Source: an uncultured Verrucomicrobiae bacterium
Lineage (GTDB): Bacteria; Verrucomicrobiota; Verrucomicrobiia; Limisphaerales; Palsa-1400
DNA length: 64,000 nucleotides
Direction of reading: 5' to 3'
Assembly (NCBI GenBank): GCA_963764165.1
Contig: CAVXRD010000001.1
Location: forward strand, 1,504,001 to 1,568,000
The first letter of the stretch is position 1. Every line of letters starts with the position of its first letter. Of the stretch, positions 63,825 through 64,000 are shown in pieces. Position numbers and translations under genes: made by a program. A model generated the notes under the pieces. That model made no database searches. It was not told the origin of the DNA and saw only the letters and a program-made list of their open reading frames with translations.

Positions 63825-64000
63825 ATGAACATTATAAAATACACCACCGCAGTCGCAGACAACATTGAGGAGTTGGACGATAAGGTAAACGTCCTGATTC
63901 GAGACGGATTCCAGCCATACGGGAACCCATATTATATCGCCCCAAGTGATCGCGTGGTGGATTCCCCCGTATGCCAGGCGATGGTTAGGACAGGAACTCC
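63825..64000 (+). CDS. DUF1737-like small protein (runs off window end)
   Basis: Manual translation MNIIKY...LDDKVNVLIRDGFQPYGNP...CQAMV. Confidence 0.6.
   Translation, partial: MNIIKYTTAVADNIEELDDKVNVLIRDGFQPYGNPYYIAPSDRVVDSPVCQAMVRTGT

Larger units (their letters stand above)
10808..64000. mobile_element. Composite genomic island / integrative mobilisable element inserted in comM; far end outside window
   Basis: comM truncation at the left edge. Contains a large serine recombinase, coupling protein, relaxase-like protein, primase, ArdC-RadC, RM and defence genes. No housekeeping genes after 10.8 kb, and the 5' part of comM was not found. Confidence 0.65.
60858..64000 (+). mobile_element. 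IS1-like element with passenger genes (right end outside window)
   Basis: Candidate terminal sequence GGTAGTGGTACAGTTTGA at 60858; transposase at 62987 overlaps the upstream gene, leaving no room for an adjacent IR. Confidence 0.55.

Overview
Bacterial DNA, most consistent with a Verrucomicrobiota (Pedosphaera-like) genome, judging from the prepilin/H-X9-DG protein, TIGR02999 ECF sigma factors with a WD40 Ser/Thr kinase, and secreted proteins with 'RFY(R/Q)L..P' modules. Bases 1-10.8 kb are core chromosome: an NtrC-type regulator, rpsU, a BspA-type LRR protein, an ankyrin protein and the 3' end of comM. comM is cut at about 10807/10808. Everything from there to the window end looks like one composite genomic island whose far end lies outside the window. 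The island contains: (i) two paralogous double-HTH genes carrying an att-like AAAGGCAAC-N12-GTTGCCTTT palindrome; (ii) a tRNA-Gly 3' scar; (iii) signalling cargo (ECF43-type sigmas, a frameshifted kinase, a PAS histidine kinase, a 1998-aa secreted protein); (iv) an AT-richer operon of XRE regulator, two nucleotide kinases, a B12 radical SAM enzyme, a beta-RFAP-synthase-like C-glycoside synthase and NUDIX hydrolases, which is the best candidate for an undescribed system (modified C-nucleotide synthesis); (v) a large serine recombinase; (vi) a defence cluster (MBL+TM pair, type I RM with an HTH-HsdM-half-HsdS fusion, PHP-ATPase, HEPN-like protein, DUF3800 with a downstream structured RNA); (vii) a mobilisation module (coupling protein, Replic_Relax, primase, ArdC-RadC fusion); and (viii) an IS1-like element carrying a proteasome-beta-like passenger. 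All calls come from reading motifs by eye; no database search was run.
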